A stretch of 64,000 nt of DNA from Candidatus Poribacteria bacterium (lineage in GTDB: Bacteria; Poribacteria; WGA-4E; WGA-3G): NCBI GenBank assembly GCA_965197475.1, contig CBDANF010000002.1, positions 1,152,001 to 1,216,000 of the forward strand. The letters run 5' to 3'. Positions 54,358-64,000 of the stretch are shown here, one piece after another. How positions within the stretch are numbered: the first letter of the stretch is position 1; each line of letters starts with the position of its first letter. The position numbers and the translations under genes were made by a program. The notes under the pieces are model-generated. The model worked only from the letters and a program-made list of their open reading frames with translations. It did not search any database and was not told the origin of the DNA.

Positions 54358-55362
54358 ATGAGAAAAAAACTTTTCATACTTATCCTTTTTTTACACAATG
54401 TTCTGCCCTTAGCAGCTGAACAGACGTATACGGCAGACTTCCTCACATTTGGGGCCGGTGCGCGTCCATTAGGCATGGGCAATGCCTTTACGGCTATTGC
54501 TGATGAGGCAAGTACTACTTACTATAATCCTGCTGGTATCGCGCAGTTGACGCATCACGAATTTAATTTTATGCACGCTACGCTTGCAGACCTTGCTGCG
54601 TATGATGTGGCAAGTTACATATACCCTTTTTCCTCAAAAATGACTTTCGGCATCAGTTGGCTCCGTGTTGGTGTAGACGACATACCGATTACAGGTATTC
54701 CTGTGACCAGTAAAGCAATTGGTCCTAACAACCGTCCTTATGTCGTTGGGACTTTTAGCAGTACAAGTAATGCGGTGCTGCTCAGTGGGGCACGGCAGCT
54801 GACAACTTTACCACGTGATGTCTCTATCCATCTCGGTGCCAGTCTCAAATTGATCTATATTGATACGTATCTTAATAACAACGCTGTTGGTGGCGGAAGC
54901 GACCTCGGTGTTCTTGCAAAAACGGACCCAGACAAACCGGCTGCTTTCTCCTTCGGTATTGTTGCGAGTGATTTTCTCACGACTAAACTCTATTGGAACA
55001 CAGTGCCAGAAACCGCTGGTGAATCGCCTCATACAGAGACACTTTCGCCCCGTCTCAAAATAGGTGTTGCCTACCACCAGAAACTCGCTATTTTCAACAG
55101 TAAACTCACGTTAGCTGCTGATGTAGACACTCGTAACGCCTATGAATTCCACACCGGTGCAGAATACGTTCTGTTTGACCTGTTAGCACTTCGCTGCGGG
55201 TTTGATGGCCGGAACGGCACTTCCCGCGCGATGTACTTTACCGCTGGTGCTGGGCTCCAACTCCGATTTGTTACCGGTGCAGCATTTCATGTGGATTATG
55301 CCTATCAGCGACAGCCGGATTTAGGTATCAATAACCGCCTCTCCCTCCGTATTCTATTTTAG
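54358..55362 (+). CDS. PorV/PorQ-like (FadL-type) outer-membrane beta-barrel
   Basis: FL..G.GAR.LGMGNAF.A.ADEAS..YYNPAG motif, GAEY, terminal Phe. Confidence 0.85.
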   Translation: MRKKLFILILFLHNVLPLAAEQTYTADFLTFGAGARPLGMGNAFTAIADEASTTYYNPAGIAQLTHHEFNFMHATLADLAAYDVASYIYPFSSKMTFGISWLRVGVDDIPITGIPVTSKAIGPNNRPYVVGTFSSTSNAVLLSGARQLTTLPRDVSIHLGASLKLIYIDTYLNNNAVGGGSDLGVLAKTDPDKPAAFSFGIVASDFLTTKLYWNTVPETAGESPHTETLSPRLKIGVAYHQKLAIFNSKLTLAADVDTRNAYEFHTGAEYVLFDLLALRCGFDGRNGTSRAMYFTAGAGLQLRFVTGAAFHVDYAYQRQPDLGINNRLSLRILF

Positions 55363-55809
55363 TTGTTGGTTTGTGTGCTGTCTGAATCTCGGATGATACG
55401 GATTTCGCAGATTTTTTGTCCTAATTCCCCAAATTTACCTTAAATTTTGCTAATTTCTATATTTTTTTGTAATTTTTGCTTGACTTTTTAATACTTTAAA
55501 CATATACTATAGTTTGGACAGTTTTCGTTTGTATTGTTTTTCGCAATGAGTAGTTTTGGACTTGAAATTTTTTCTCAAATTTTTCACTTGACACTCAAAT
55601 TCTTTCCATGTTATACTATTCTCAAGTTCGTTGGGCAGGATTTCTATCGCAACACTCCTTGTGTTGTGTCCTGCCCTCACCCATAGAAAGGTGTAAACGA
55701 ACCTACGAACGATACCCGTTTAACGTATCAATTTTATATGCTTGAACAGTGCATAACGCACTGGAAATACGCTATGCACCAATTTATCTCAAGCAAAGTG
55801 AGGTATACT

Positions 55810-55941
55810 ATGGCTAAAAAAGCCACTGGCACGCGTGTACGCGATGCCAAAGACGGACGGTTCCTTCCCAAAGGCACGGACAAACGCCGTCCCGCCACAA
55901 CGGTGAAAGAAACTGTCAAATCTCACAAGCGGTGTAAATAA
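55810..55941 (+). CDS. Small basic protein with RDAKDGRF...RRPATTVKE motif
   Basis: GAGGT RBS; TTGACA-18-TATACT promoter upstream at 55588-55617. Confidence 0.6.
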   Translation: MAKKATGTRVRDAKDGRFLPKGTDKRRPATTVKETVKSHKRCK

Positions 55942-56011
55942 TCCGCTTGCAAACATGTAGGGGGTCTTTTGATCCCCTACATACACATTTTACCTCACAA
56001 AAGGAACATTG

Positions 56012-56522
56012 ATGAAAACTTTGTCGTTTATAATGGTTGTGATGTTATTCACTACGCCATATCTCACACTTGCACAACAAACAAGTGATGCTGCGCAAGC
56101 AATATTTGATGCACGACGTGATGCAACACTTGCAAACACTCAAATATGGGGAACTGTTGGTTGTCTACTTGGTGTTACCGGTATGTTAATTGCGTATGTT
56201 GTCACACCAATAAAAAACCCATTTAATGGACAATTTATTCTATTTTGTATTGAAAATAAAGTGCTTTTTTCACATAATGGAGGTTTATCAATTAGTATTT
56301 TTTAGCATTTTCATAACCGCGTATTGAGAGACCATAGATAGATACTGATTTCTGAGTGCTTTTGAGAAATATCAGGTTGCTTATTACACAAGCATTTATC
56401 AAAAACTTGTGAAAAACGACCAAATAACACATGCTACAATAGGATGTGTTATTGGAACTGGCACTATGGTGGGACTTTGGATAATTTTAATTTCAGCTGC
56501 TGATTCTCCATACGGGTATTAG
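56012..56522 (+). pseudogene. Secreted/membrane protein gene interrupted by ~160 bp of foreign AT-rich sequence
   Basis: N-terminal part ends ...GCLLGVTGMLIAYVVTP; coding-like text resumes as VAYYTSIYQKLVKNDQITHATIGCVIG...*. Confidence 0.5.
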
Positions 56523-56578
56523 CAATTCCAACCAACGAGGGGACTCTGTCCCCTCTAACCCCAAAGGAGACTAAACCC

Positions 56579-56851
56579 ATGTGGGTAATATTCAAGCCGC
56601 CTTCCGATCCTGTTGATTTTTCACTTTTAGCCTTACATACAGAGAGTTTTGTAGAACTCGCCCTTGTAAAACTTGATACAAATTTTCGCGTAGTGATTCA
56701 GAAACCTTTTGACACGGACAATGAGAGGTTGGAATTTGCTCTTGACATGATCGATGCTCTGAAAGATGGAAAGCCAACTTTTGAACTTCCACAGCATTTT
56801 CCCTCAAATCCTGATGACAAAAAGAACAAGATTGATAAGGCATACCTTTAG
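56579..56851 (+). CDS. Hypothetical protein
   Basis: AAGGAG RBS, 90-aa ORF. Confidence 0.55.
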   Translation: MWVIFKPPSDPVDFSLLALHTESFVELALVKLDTNFRVVIQKPFDTDNERLEFALDMIDALKDGKPTFELPQHFPSNPDDKKNKIDKAYL

Positions 56852-56860
56852 TTGTGTCCA

Positions 56861-57844
56861 TCACCGCATACTTTCATTAACAAACTTATCAAAGATACTG
56901 TCAATGCTCCTATAGTTGTATTTATAGCACGCCTCTGCTACATACAGGGGCGTATATTCAGTCCAGTAGTGGTGATGACTTCCATACCAAGCTCGTTTGA
57001 GTAGACTCCAAAACCCCTCAATTGTGTTTGTGTGGACATCACCCTCAACAAATTGCGTTTGATGATCTATGATATGGTGTTTCATCTCCTTGCCGATAGC
57101 GAGATACGCCTTATACTCATCGGTCATCAACTCCGAATCCTCAACTTTGACGACTCTTCGGATAAAGTCTAAAATAGTCCGTCCTGTCAAATCTTTAGCG
57201 AGTTGTGCTACAACTTTCCCGCCCCGCTGTACTGCCCCGATAATAGCGTCTTTCTCTGTTCCACGTCCACGCTTGGCAGGCACGTGGTCTTCCTTCTTAT
57301 TAGGCTTACGAGGTTTACCCCCGATGTAAGTTTCATCTGCCTCTATGATGCCTTGTAGTAGCACGTTACCTTTCTTTGCCATTTCAGCACGGATACGAGT
57401 CATGATATACCATGCTGTCTTTTGATTCAAGTCTAAATCGCGCGCAAGTTGATGACTTGACAAACTTTTCTTCGCATTCGTTATCAACGAAATAGCCAAA
57501 AACCACTTCTGTAACGCTATCTTTGTCCCGTGAAACACCGACCTGCACGTCACCTTGAAACTCACTTGGCACTCGTGGCAGTTCCAACGACCGATACGAC
57601 CGATTTCTGTTTCTGTCCGTTCTCCTATATGATCGCTTTCACAATGCGGACACACAGGTTTACCTCGCCACCGAATCTTCTCTAAATGCGAAATACAACT
57701 CTCTTGATCGGGAAAACGCTCCATCACCTTCAACAAATCCATCAGATAACTCCTTGAAATAGGAGTTGCTTTTTCTGACGGATTTCTGATATAATACCAG
57801 ATAAGATTAGAACCGTCAAAAAGCAACTCGCTTTTTGTGTTCAT
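56861..57844 (-). CDS. IS1595-family transposase (second, distinct copy)
   Basis: CPHC...WNCHEC, IEADETYIGG, KRGRG, MTDEY and HTNTIEGFW motifs; true start may be 57742; short IR TTGTGTCCA/TGGACACAA at 56852 and 57900. Confidence 0.9.
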   Translation of the reverse strand: MNTKSELLFDGSNLIWYYIRNPSEKATPISRSYLMDLLKVMERFPDQESCISHLEKIRWRGKPVCPHCESDHIGERTETEIGRIGRWNCHECQVSFKVTCRSVFHGTKIALQKWFLAISLITNAKKSLSSHQLARDLDLNQKTAWYIMTRIRAEMAKKGNVLLQGIIEADETYIGGKPRKPNKKEDHVPAKRGRGTEKDAIIGAVQRGGKVVAQLAKDLTGRTILDFIRRVVKVEDSELMTDEYKAYLAIGKEMKHHIIDHQTQFVEGDVHTNTIEGFWSLLKRAWYGSHHHYWTEYTPLYVAEACYKYNYRSIDSIFDKFVNESMR

Positions 57845-58258
57845 TTAGGGGGCTACCAACCCCCTATTTTCTTATCTATATTATACCATATAAACCCAGT
57901 GGACACAAGGCTTTATAGCGATTTTTTAAAATTTTTCTCAAGTCCAAAACTACTCATTGCGTTGTTTTTTATACACCTGTCGCACCGCTGGTGCTTGGCT
58001 ACTGGAGGCATTTACGTTTCTATACACCTATCGCACCCGCTGGTGCTGCCAATATGGGCGATAAAATTCTTTTTCTGTGGGTTTCAGACAGTGTTGTAAC
58101 TCAACGAAAATATATCAGACATCAAAGTGGCAGTCCCAGAGGGACGGAATGTGTATAGATCATTACCAGTCCCACTCCAAGCCCCAAAGGGGCGAAATGT
58201 GTTTTAGCGCGAGATTCAAAAATGAAAATGAAAAGCATCACGTCTCAAAAAACTGTCC

Positions 58259-58351
58259 CGCTCATGTATAAAGTGTGTGCTGTTGTTTTCAATAAACGCA
58301 GTGGCCACGCGGGTTTAACTTTTTCATTAGCACTCATTCTTTACATGAGCC
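58259..58351. mobile_element. 93-bp IS1595-derived MITE
   Basis: Ends CGCTCATGT / ACATGAGCC as in the IS at 21462; 8-bp TSD AACTGTCC. Confidence 0.9.
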
Positions 58352-58608
58352 AACTGTCCAAACTATAGTAATGAAGCTATGACGGGGCTGGTTTTCATTC
58401 TATCACAAATATAATCCTGTGGCGATAGAAACATGGAAACCAGCGCGCCCGAAGGTTAGAGTTGTCAGTGCCGTTTCCTTTTCACTTTTCCTGCCAACCG
58501 AACCTTTGTGGTCTGTCAAAAATGATGAACCTGCTCACGATAAAAGAGGAGGCACAAGATGCGACGCGGCTACAAAGTTTTTTGCATTAATCCATTTGCC
58601 CCAAAGAG

Positions 58609-59061
58609 ATGTTTATACGTATTTTATTTCTATGTCTTTGGATAATATGCGGCCATCCTCGGGGAACATATCATTCTGCGGCGGCTCCGGTTCTGTATTC
58701 AGAAACATCCCCCGTTTCACATCCGCCCCGTATCACGGCTCCCTGGATGACTCCAGAGGAGCTTGCGGCGTTGCATCTGAATGCGTATTGTCAAGTCATC
58801 ATAGATGTCAACATATTTCGTCCGCTGCAAAAGCACGAGCGCGTCAAAATCAACCCGTATCAACTTATCGGGACGCTCGAGAAAGAAAAGGAAACGTTAG
58901 CGTATCTGTTAGACACTTTCACAAAAAAGGTTCACCCCGTCACATCCGGTGAAAAGTTAGACAAGTTCACTGTGGAGAACGTCACCCGCAGAAGTGTGAC
59001 CCTTCGTGACAAAAATGATGTCATTACAAAGTTAGAACTCGGTACTATGTTTCTTAAGTAA
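58609..59061 (+). CDS. Hypothetical exported protein
   Basis: Hydrophobic N-terminus; first gene of an apparent three-gene unit. Confidence 0.55.
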   Translation: MFIRILFLCLWIICGHPRGTYHSAAAPVLYSETSPVSHPPRITAPWMTPEELAALHLNAYCQVIIDVNIFRPLQKHERVKINPYQLIGTLEKEKETLAYLLDTFTKKVHPVTSGEKLDKFTVENVTRRSVTLRDKNDVITKLELGTMFLK

Positions 59062-59108
59062 AATAACCCATGCCACAAACTGAAAGTTTGTGGACAAAGG
59101 AGACTCTC

Positions 59109-60428
59109 ATGAAAAATCGGACATATTGGGCACTCGGTGTCCTTGTGCTACTCATTATTTTTGGGATATGTTACGTAATCGGTAATCGGTTTTCAGAGCC
59201 TGAACAAACAGAAGTCTCCCCATCAGAGACGGAACAGCTTGAAGTCCAAGCAAGACCCAAACTGCCGCCACTGGGAGAGAATTATGCGACGGGGCATTGG
59301 GATGGGGATGTGTGGCATAGAACTGCCCCGCCAGAACCTGACACCGTGATGCATGAAGGAAAAGCTATGACCTTACGCAAGCTCTACAGAGCAGCTTTTG
59401 ATCATTGGCGGAGTTGGGATGAGGAAGTGGCGATCCTGAACCGTATCATCGCAGAAGCCCCCTACTCCAAAACAGCATTCTACGCACGAAGTTATCTTGC
59501 GAGGCATGATGAAAATGGCGAGACTATTTGGAATAATGCCTTACTCTTCGAGCGTCTACAACCTTTGGTCAACTACCATCCTGACTCCCCAGGTTTGCTC
59601 TGTGATTTATTAATGCATGGCATGCACATCTATCCGAAAGCCGCGATCCATTATGGTACAGAGGCACTCAAATATGTGGGGAGGTACGGTGTGGGGGTTG
59701 GGCATAGTGCTTATCCGGAAAGCATTCATCATTTTCTCGGTTATGCGTATCAGCGGATTGGGGATTACAATAGTGCCGTATCACATTACAAGCAGTGCCT
59801 TGAACTGATTAGAGCCCATCCCAACCGAACGCTTACAGGATTAGATCCAAAATTAACCAAACGTCTTATAGATATGATTCTTTCGGGGAACCCGCCGCAC
59901 GGTCCGCTGGCTCAGAAGAATGGCCCGGGTCTTATCGCACCTGTTGCGGCACCGGTGTCTGCCCCTGTGATATCCGATCCTGTTCCGAAGGGAGAAGTTC
60001 CCTTAGAAGTCCCGCGTGCTGTGCCGTTGGGGGACGATGACGACCTTCAGATGGATTCGCAGCACCGTGAGGTGGATCGTCGTGATCTTGCAAAAAGAGC
60101 GGCTCAAGCGCAGCAGCGGCATCAACAGGCAGAACAGCGGCATCAAGAAGCACAACAGCGTTTTGATAACTTCGTTCACGAGTTGCATCAAATCGCTACG
60201 CTAAAGACCGAAGGTGATTTTGAAAAGTTTTTAATGCAAGAGATGGCAAAACGGTTGCGCGGCACAAAGCCGGACCCCCAACCGGACACACGTTCTTCGG
60301 TAAGTGCTGATCGGATGCGGCGTGCTTCACAAATCTTTAGAAGTGCTCGGACGCCGGCTGAAGGGTTCAAAGCGCTTCAGAAAGCGGATCCTGATCTTGC
60401 CAAAACACTTCAGCGGCCCCGTCGCTGA
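59109..60428 (+). CDS. Membrane-anchored TPR-containing protein with GHWDGDVWH motif
   Basis: AAGGAG RBS, TM helix, His-Trp motif, TPR (LGYAYQRIGDY..A..HY). Confidence 0.75.
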   Translation: MKNRTYWALGVLVLLIIFGICYVIGNRFSEPEQTEVSPSETEQLEVQARPKLPPLGENYATGHWDGDVWHRTAPPEPDTVMHEGKAMTLRKLYRAAFDHWRSWDEEVAILNRIIAEAPYSKTAFYARSYLARHDENGETIWNNALLFERLQPLVNYHPDSPGLLCDLLMHGMHIYPKAAIHYGTEALKYVGRYGVGVGHSAYPESIHHFLGYAYQRIGDYNSAVSHYKQCLELIRAHPNRTLTGLDPKLTKRLIDMILSGNPPHGPLAQKNGPGLIAPVAAPVSAPVISDPVPKGEVPLEVPRAVPLGDDDDLQMDSQHREVDRRDLAKRAAQAQQRHQQAEQRHQEAQQRFDNFVHELHQIATLKTEGDFEKFLMQEMAKRLRGTKPDPQPDTRSSVSADRMRRASQIFRSARTPAEGFKALQKADPDLAKTLQRPRR

Positions 60429-60458
60429 ACACTTTAGAAAAAAAAAGGAGTTTTCCGA

Positions 60459-62800
60459 ATGAAAAAACATATTGTTTTCCTAACGTTTACATTGCTTTTC
60501 TGTTATTTGTGTTGGCTCATGTAAAGAATGAGTGCAAATGAAAATTTAACCCGTGTGGCCATTGCCTTCATGAAAATAACCGCACACACCTTTTACATGA
60601 GCGTTTGTGTTTTCCTTATCTCTGTGCGGATGCTGGTATCACTGTCACAGTCACGCCGATGTTTGATGAAAACTATTATCCGAAAGGGTTTCCCACCCAC
60701 ACGTTTGATTTCGCTGTGGAGATAACGATAACGGATCCGAGTCAATACTACATGATACAAGACTACATGATACAAGCGAAACTGACCTTGTCCAATTTTA
60801 AGGGGATCGCTGCGAACGCTGGTGATTCTCTTGAAGATGATCTCTATTTTGATGCTGAGGATAATAGCGATTGGACGTGGGTGGATTCGACGACCCTCAA
60901 GTGTGAGTATAACTCCATGAATACGACCCTCCCGTCCTCTATAAAAGTTCGCTGTAGGGACTGGGGTGCACATGGGGAAATCAACGTCACGACCACAGAC
61001 ACAGACATCACGCGGCATATTCCCATAGATGTGAACCAGAACGACATCGCAGATGGTTGGGAAAAGGAGCATGGTATCTATGAATCGGATGTTGCAAAGG
61101 CACAAGCAAAAGCAGCTGACCACGATGACGATGAAAAGGGACCTGGCACAAACCCGAATCATGGCGACGGGTGGTCGGTCTACGACGAGTACCGCGGGCT
61201 CTATACCACAACAGATGAAAGAGGTAACCCTACCGGATACACGCGTCTGAACCCCGAGATAAAAGATATTATGTATACTTCGCATGCAAATGTGGAAAAG
61301 TATGGGACAGGGGCTCTGCCCGGTGTTGAGATGCACTCCTTTACGCATGTGGATCACAATCTCTATCAGATGGGTTTTGATCCGTTCACCAATATTTATG
61401 AGTATGCGAGTAGTGGTGAAGTCGGTCATATAGACACTGTAGACGATAAGATAGGGAGAGTGAACTACAACTCAAATCCGGGGGGAAAAGCAACCCCAGT
61501 CCCCGGTGCCCGTAGCGTGTGGTCAATCCGAATCATAGATAACGGAGACGATGGTACCAAAACCATTCGGCTGGGAAATGCTACGGCTGGGTCTCCTTCT
61601 AAGTATTCATTAGCCACAATCTTTACCGACAAAATAGAAAGACGAATAATGGTGGGCTGGAATACACTCGTAGGGTATCCTAACATAAATGAAAACGATT
61701 TTGTAGACCCATCCCCTGAGACATTGAGAGCAAGGGCAAAGGAAAAGCTAATTCCTATTGTGATTGGGCATGAAGTTGCGCATTGTCTCAATATCCATGC
61801 CAATTGTAATCACCTCAACTGTATTATGCATCATAATCTCAGACTCATCTTTGTTGCTGATGGGTGCTTTCTTCTGATAAAGCAAATAGAGAATCCGGCT
61901 TTTAAGCAGTTGACTGGCGTAAATGATCCGAATTTCGCCACAACGCCAGAATTCATTGATGCTCGAGATGCTGAGGGAAAGCTGATTCCATTAGCGGGGC
62001 CCGTATTAGATAATAGCCACATCGGCCACATGGCTGTGACCGGGTCTCCTGGGAGCCATAATAGCATAGAGGACTGTTCTTTTGAGATCGGTTGCGTGGT
62101 TGATGAAGCCGATGATAGTGATGATGAAGCAAATAGCGGCAATGGAAACCTTGATGGCGGCACTACCACCCCGACCACCTACCTGGCAGATTCATCTACC
62201 AGGACATTAGCCCCTGCCAGTGGGTCAAATACCTATGCCACGGCAGGGTCAACACACGAGGCGAGTCTTACAAGCAGCGTGCCTTATGACTCGGTTGTTT
62301 GGCAGGTTAGGACACCCAGCAATACCAGTCATCTTGTCCCAACTGTTGAGACGGACACCGGCGATGGCACCGCAACCGATGCATCGATGAGTTATACTTT
62401 CCCGGCAGGTGTAACCGGTACCTACACGATTATGGCTTATGTGTGGTATTCAGATTTGTCGGCGCGTGCAATGTCCTACGATGTCAGAGTCACACTCAGT
62501 CCGGGGTTGCGTCCGATCAATAGTTCAACTTACTATGCAAATGGTGGTGAAACATACGAGATGGGACTTGTGACAGACGCTCCCTTTTCTCAGGTCCGTT
62601 GGTATGTGAAAGAACCTGGCGATACGAGCACTGATGGCACGAATGTTAAAACCCTCTCGGTTTCAGGTGTAACGATTACTGATACGGAGCTTAGCTACAC
62701 GCTTCCTACCAGTAATCCTGGAAACTATAAGATTACGGCGCATATTTACAGATCAGATGGTTCTGATTATAAAGTCACCTACAATGTTTATGTCTATTGA
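60459..62800 (+). pseudogene. Secreted zinc-metalloprotease-like protein with Ig-like C-terminal repeats; signal peptide disrupted by a MITE
   Basis: Removing 98 bp restores MKKHIVFLTFTLLFCYLCFPYLCADAG... in frame; HEVAHCLNIH motif. Confidence 0.8.
60514..60603. mobile_element. 90-bp IS1595-derived MITE
   Basis: Ends GGCTCATGT / ACATGAGCG; 8-bp TSD TTTGTGTT; homologous to 58259-58351 in the opposite orientation. Confidence 0.92.
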
Positions 62801-62819
62801 CACAATTACGATCTCAGGG

Positions 62820-62854
62820 CAGGCAGGTAACATTGGTGTTACTTGCCTGTTTTT
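62820..62854 (+). terminator. Intrinsic terminator
   Basis: CAGGCAGGTAACA-loop-TGTTACTTGCCTG followed by TTTTT. Confidence 0.7.
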
Positions 62855-63148
62855 ATGTACCAGGATGGACGCAAATTGAGGAGAAAAAGGAAGTATTGGA
62901 CTTAAAAAGTCGTTATTTCGGTGTTTTTAACCCTCTAAATCCCCCTTCTCAAGGGGACTTTTGAACCTGTTGCGTAAGTCCTATGTACGTATACACGCGG
63001 TTGTCTGAATCTCGGATTATACAAATCAACGCCTCATGCGCGTGTGGCATTCGGCGGTCGTTCCTACAGAAGAAAGGATGGCAGTTGGGACTCGGTTGAT
63101 GATTTCAAGGAAAACATTGATGGCAGGTTGCTGACAACTGACCGCTAT

Positions 63149-64000
63149 TTATGGACAAACAAACTTCCCTAAAATTTTCCCACATGATGCTCCTGTTGCA
63201 TTCGGCACATTGCCAAAATTCCCATGCACCGCTTCGTTCGCGAGGATAGCAAAGGCAATTGCCTCTTTAGCATCTCCTGAAACACCTTTTTCTGTTACAT
63301 CAACAGCTGGGATAGGAGCGAATGCATCGGTGAGTCCACGCATCATAAGAGGATTTCGTGCCCCGCCACCGCTGACGTATAGAATGTCCAGCGGTGTTTT
63401 TGTCTCGGCAAAATGCGTATGGTATTGAGCGATACTCTCAACTGTCAATGCTGTGAGCGTTGCAAGTCCATTATTATCTGAGATCTTTTGTTCCCGAATT
63501 TGTGACAAGCAGGTGTCCGCAAACGTTGTTCCAAACATCTCGCGTCCTGTCGTTTTGGGTGGAGATAACTCAAAAAACGGATGTGCAAGCCATTGTCTTA
63601 AGAGAGGTTCACAGACGGTACCTTGCCGCGCCAACTCTCCATTTTCATCAAATTGCTTTGTGCCATCTGTTATTTTTTCTACGCATGCATCCAAGATCAT
63701 ATTGCCAGGGCCTGTGTCTGATGCTTTAACTGCTTCAATCCCTTTTCCTGCTGGTAACACCGTCAGATTTGCAATGCCACCTATATTTAAGAGTCCAATT
63801 GTTTGTGTTGAATGGTGAAATAGCAAATAATCGGGGTATGCTACTAACGGTGCGCCTTCACCACCCGCTGCAACGTCTGCCACACGGAAATCGGCGATGG
63901 TTGGGATACCTGTCTCATGTGCTATCACTGCAGGTTCACCAATTTGGAGTGTCGCTGGGGTTGGTGCTGAGGGCATGTGGTGAATCGTTTGCCCGTGCGA
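63149..64000 (-). CDS. anmK: Anhydro-N-acetylmuramic acid kinase (5' end outside window)
   Basis: SHGQTIHH, TLQIG, DFR..D.A.GGEGAPL, NIGGIAN, DTGPGN, PKTTGRE and KEAIAFA motifs. Confidence 0.95.
   Translation of the reverse strand, partial: SHGQTIHHMPSAPTPATLQIGEPAVIAHETGIPTIADFRVADVAAGGEGAPLVAYPDYLLFHHSTQTIGLLNIGGIANLTVLPAGKGIEAVKASDTGPGNMILDACVEKITDGTKQFDENGELARQGTVCEPLLRQWLAHPFFELSPPKTTGREMFGTTFADTCLSQIREQKISDNNGLATLTALTVESIAQYHTHFAETKTPLDILYVSGGGARNPLMMRGLTDAFAPIPAVDVTEKGVSGDAKEAIAFAILANEAVHGNFGNVPNATGASCGKILGKFVCP

Larger units (their letters stand above)
55507..58368. mobile_element. Cargo-carrying element bounded by family B TIRs
   Basis: TA|CTATAGTTTGGACAGTT ... AACTGTCCAAACTATAG|TA (perfect 17-bp TIR). 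Confidence 0.72.

Noticed and set aside
60593-61429. 278-aa minus-strand ORF
   Set aside because: Antisense shadow of the secreted protease gene.

Overview
Bacterial chromosomal window spanning the replication origin (dnaA-oriC-[no dnaN]-recF-dciA-gyrB-gyrA). It also carries housekeeping genes (pncB, glnS, gltX, purE, anmK) and a PorU/PorV-like pair. The many secreted proteins with NYPNPFN-type C-terminal domains, the WD40/TPR/FG-GAP proteins and the dense REP/MITE content resemble Candidatus Poribacteria (inference, no search run). Mobile DNA includes one IS630, two IS1595, a decayed IS982-like element and several nested MITE families. The most striking object is a 2,004-bp element at 8548-10551. 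It is bounded by perfect 13-bp terminal inverted repeats, encodes only two paralogous DUF1670-like proteins with no DDE, HUH or serine transposase, and has a near-consensus sigma70 promoter reading into a ~125-nt multi-hairpin non-coding end. It is a candidate new class of mobile element, possibly RNA-associated. Also notable: tandem constant-variable-constant cassettes of secreted Cys/His-rich proteins, serial copies of the pncB 3' end between accessory genes, and a MITE that inserts into REP hairpins and duplicates their loop.
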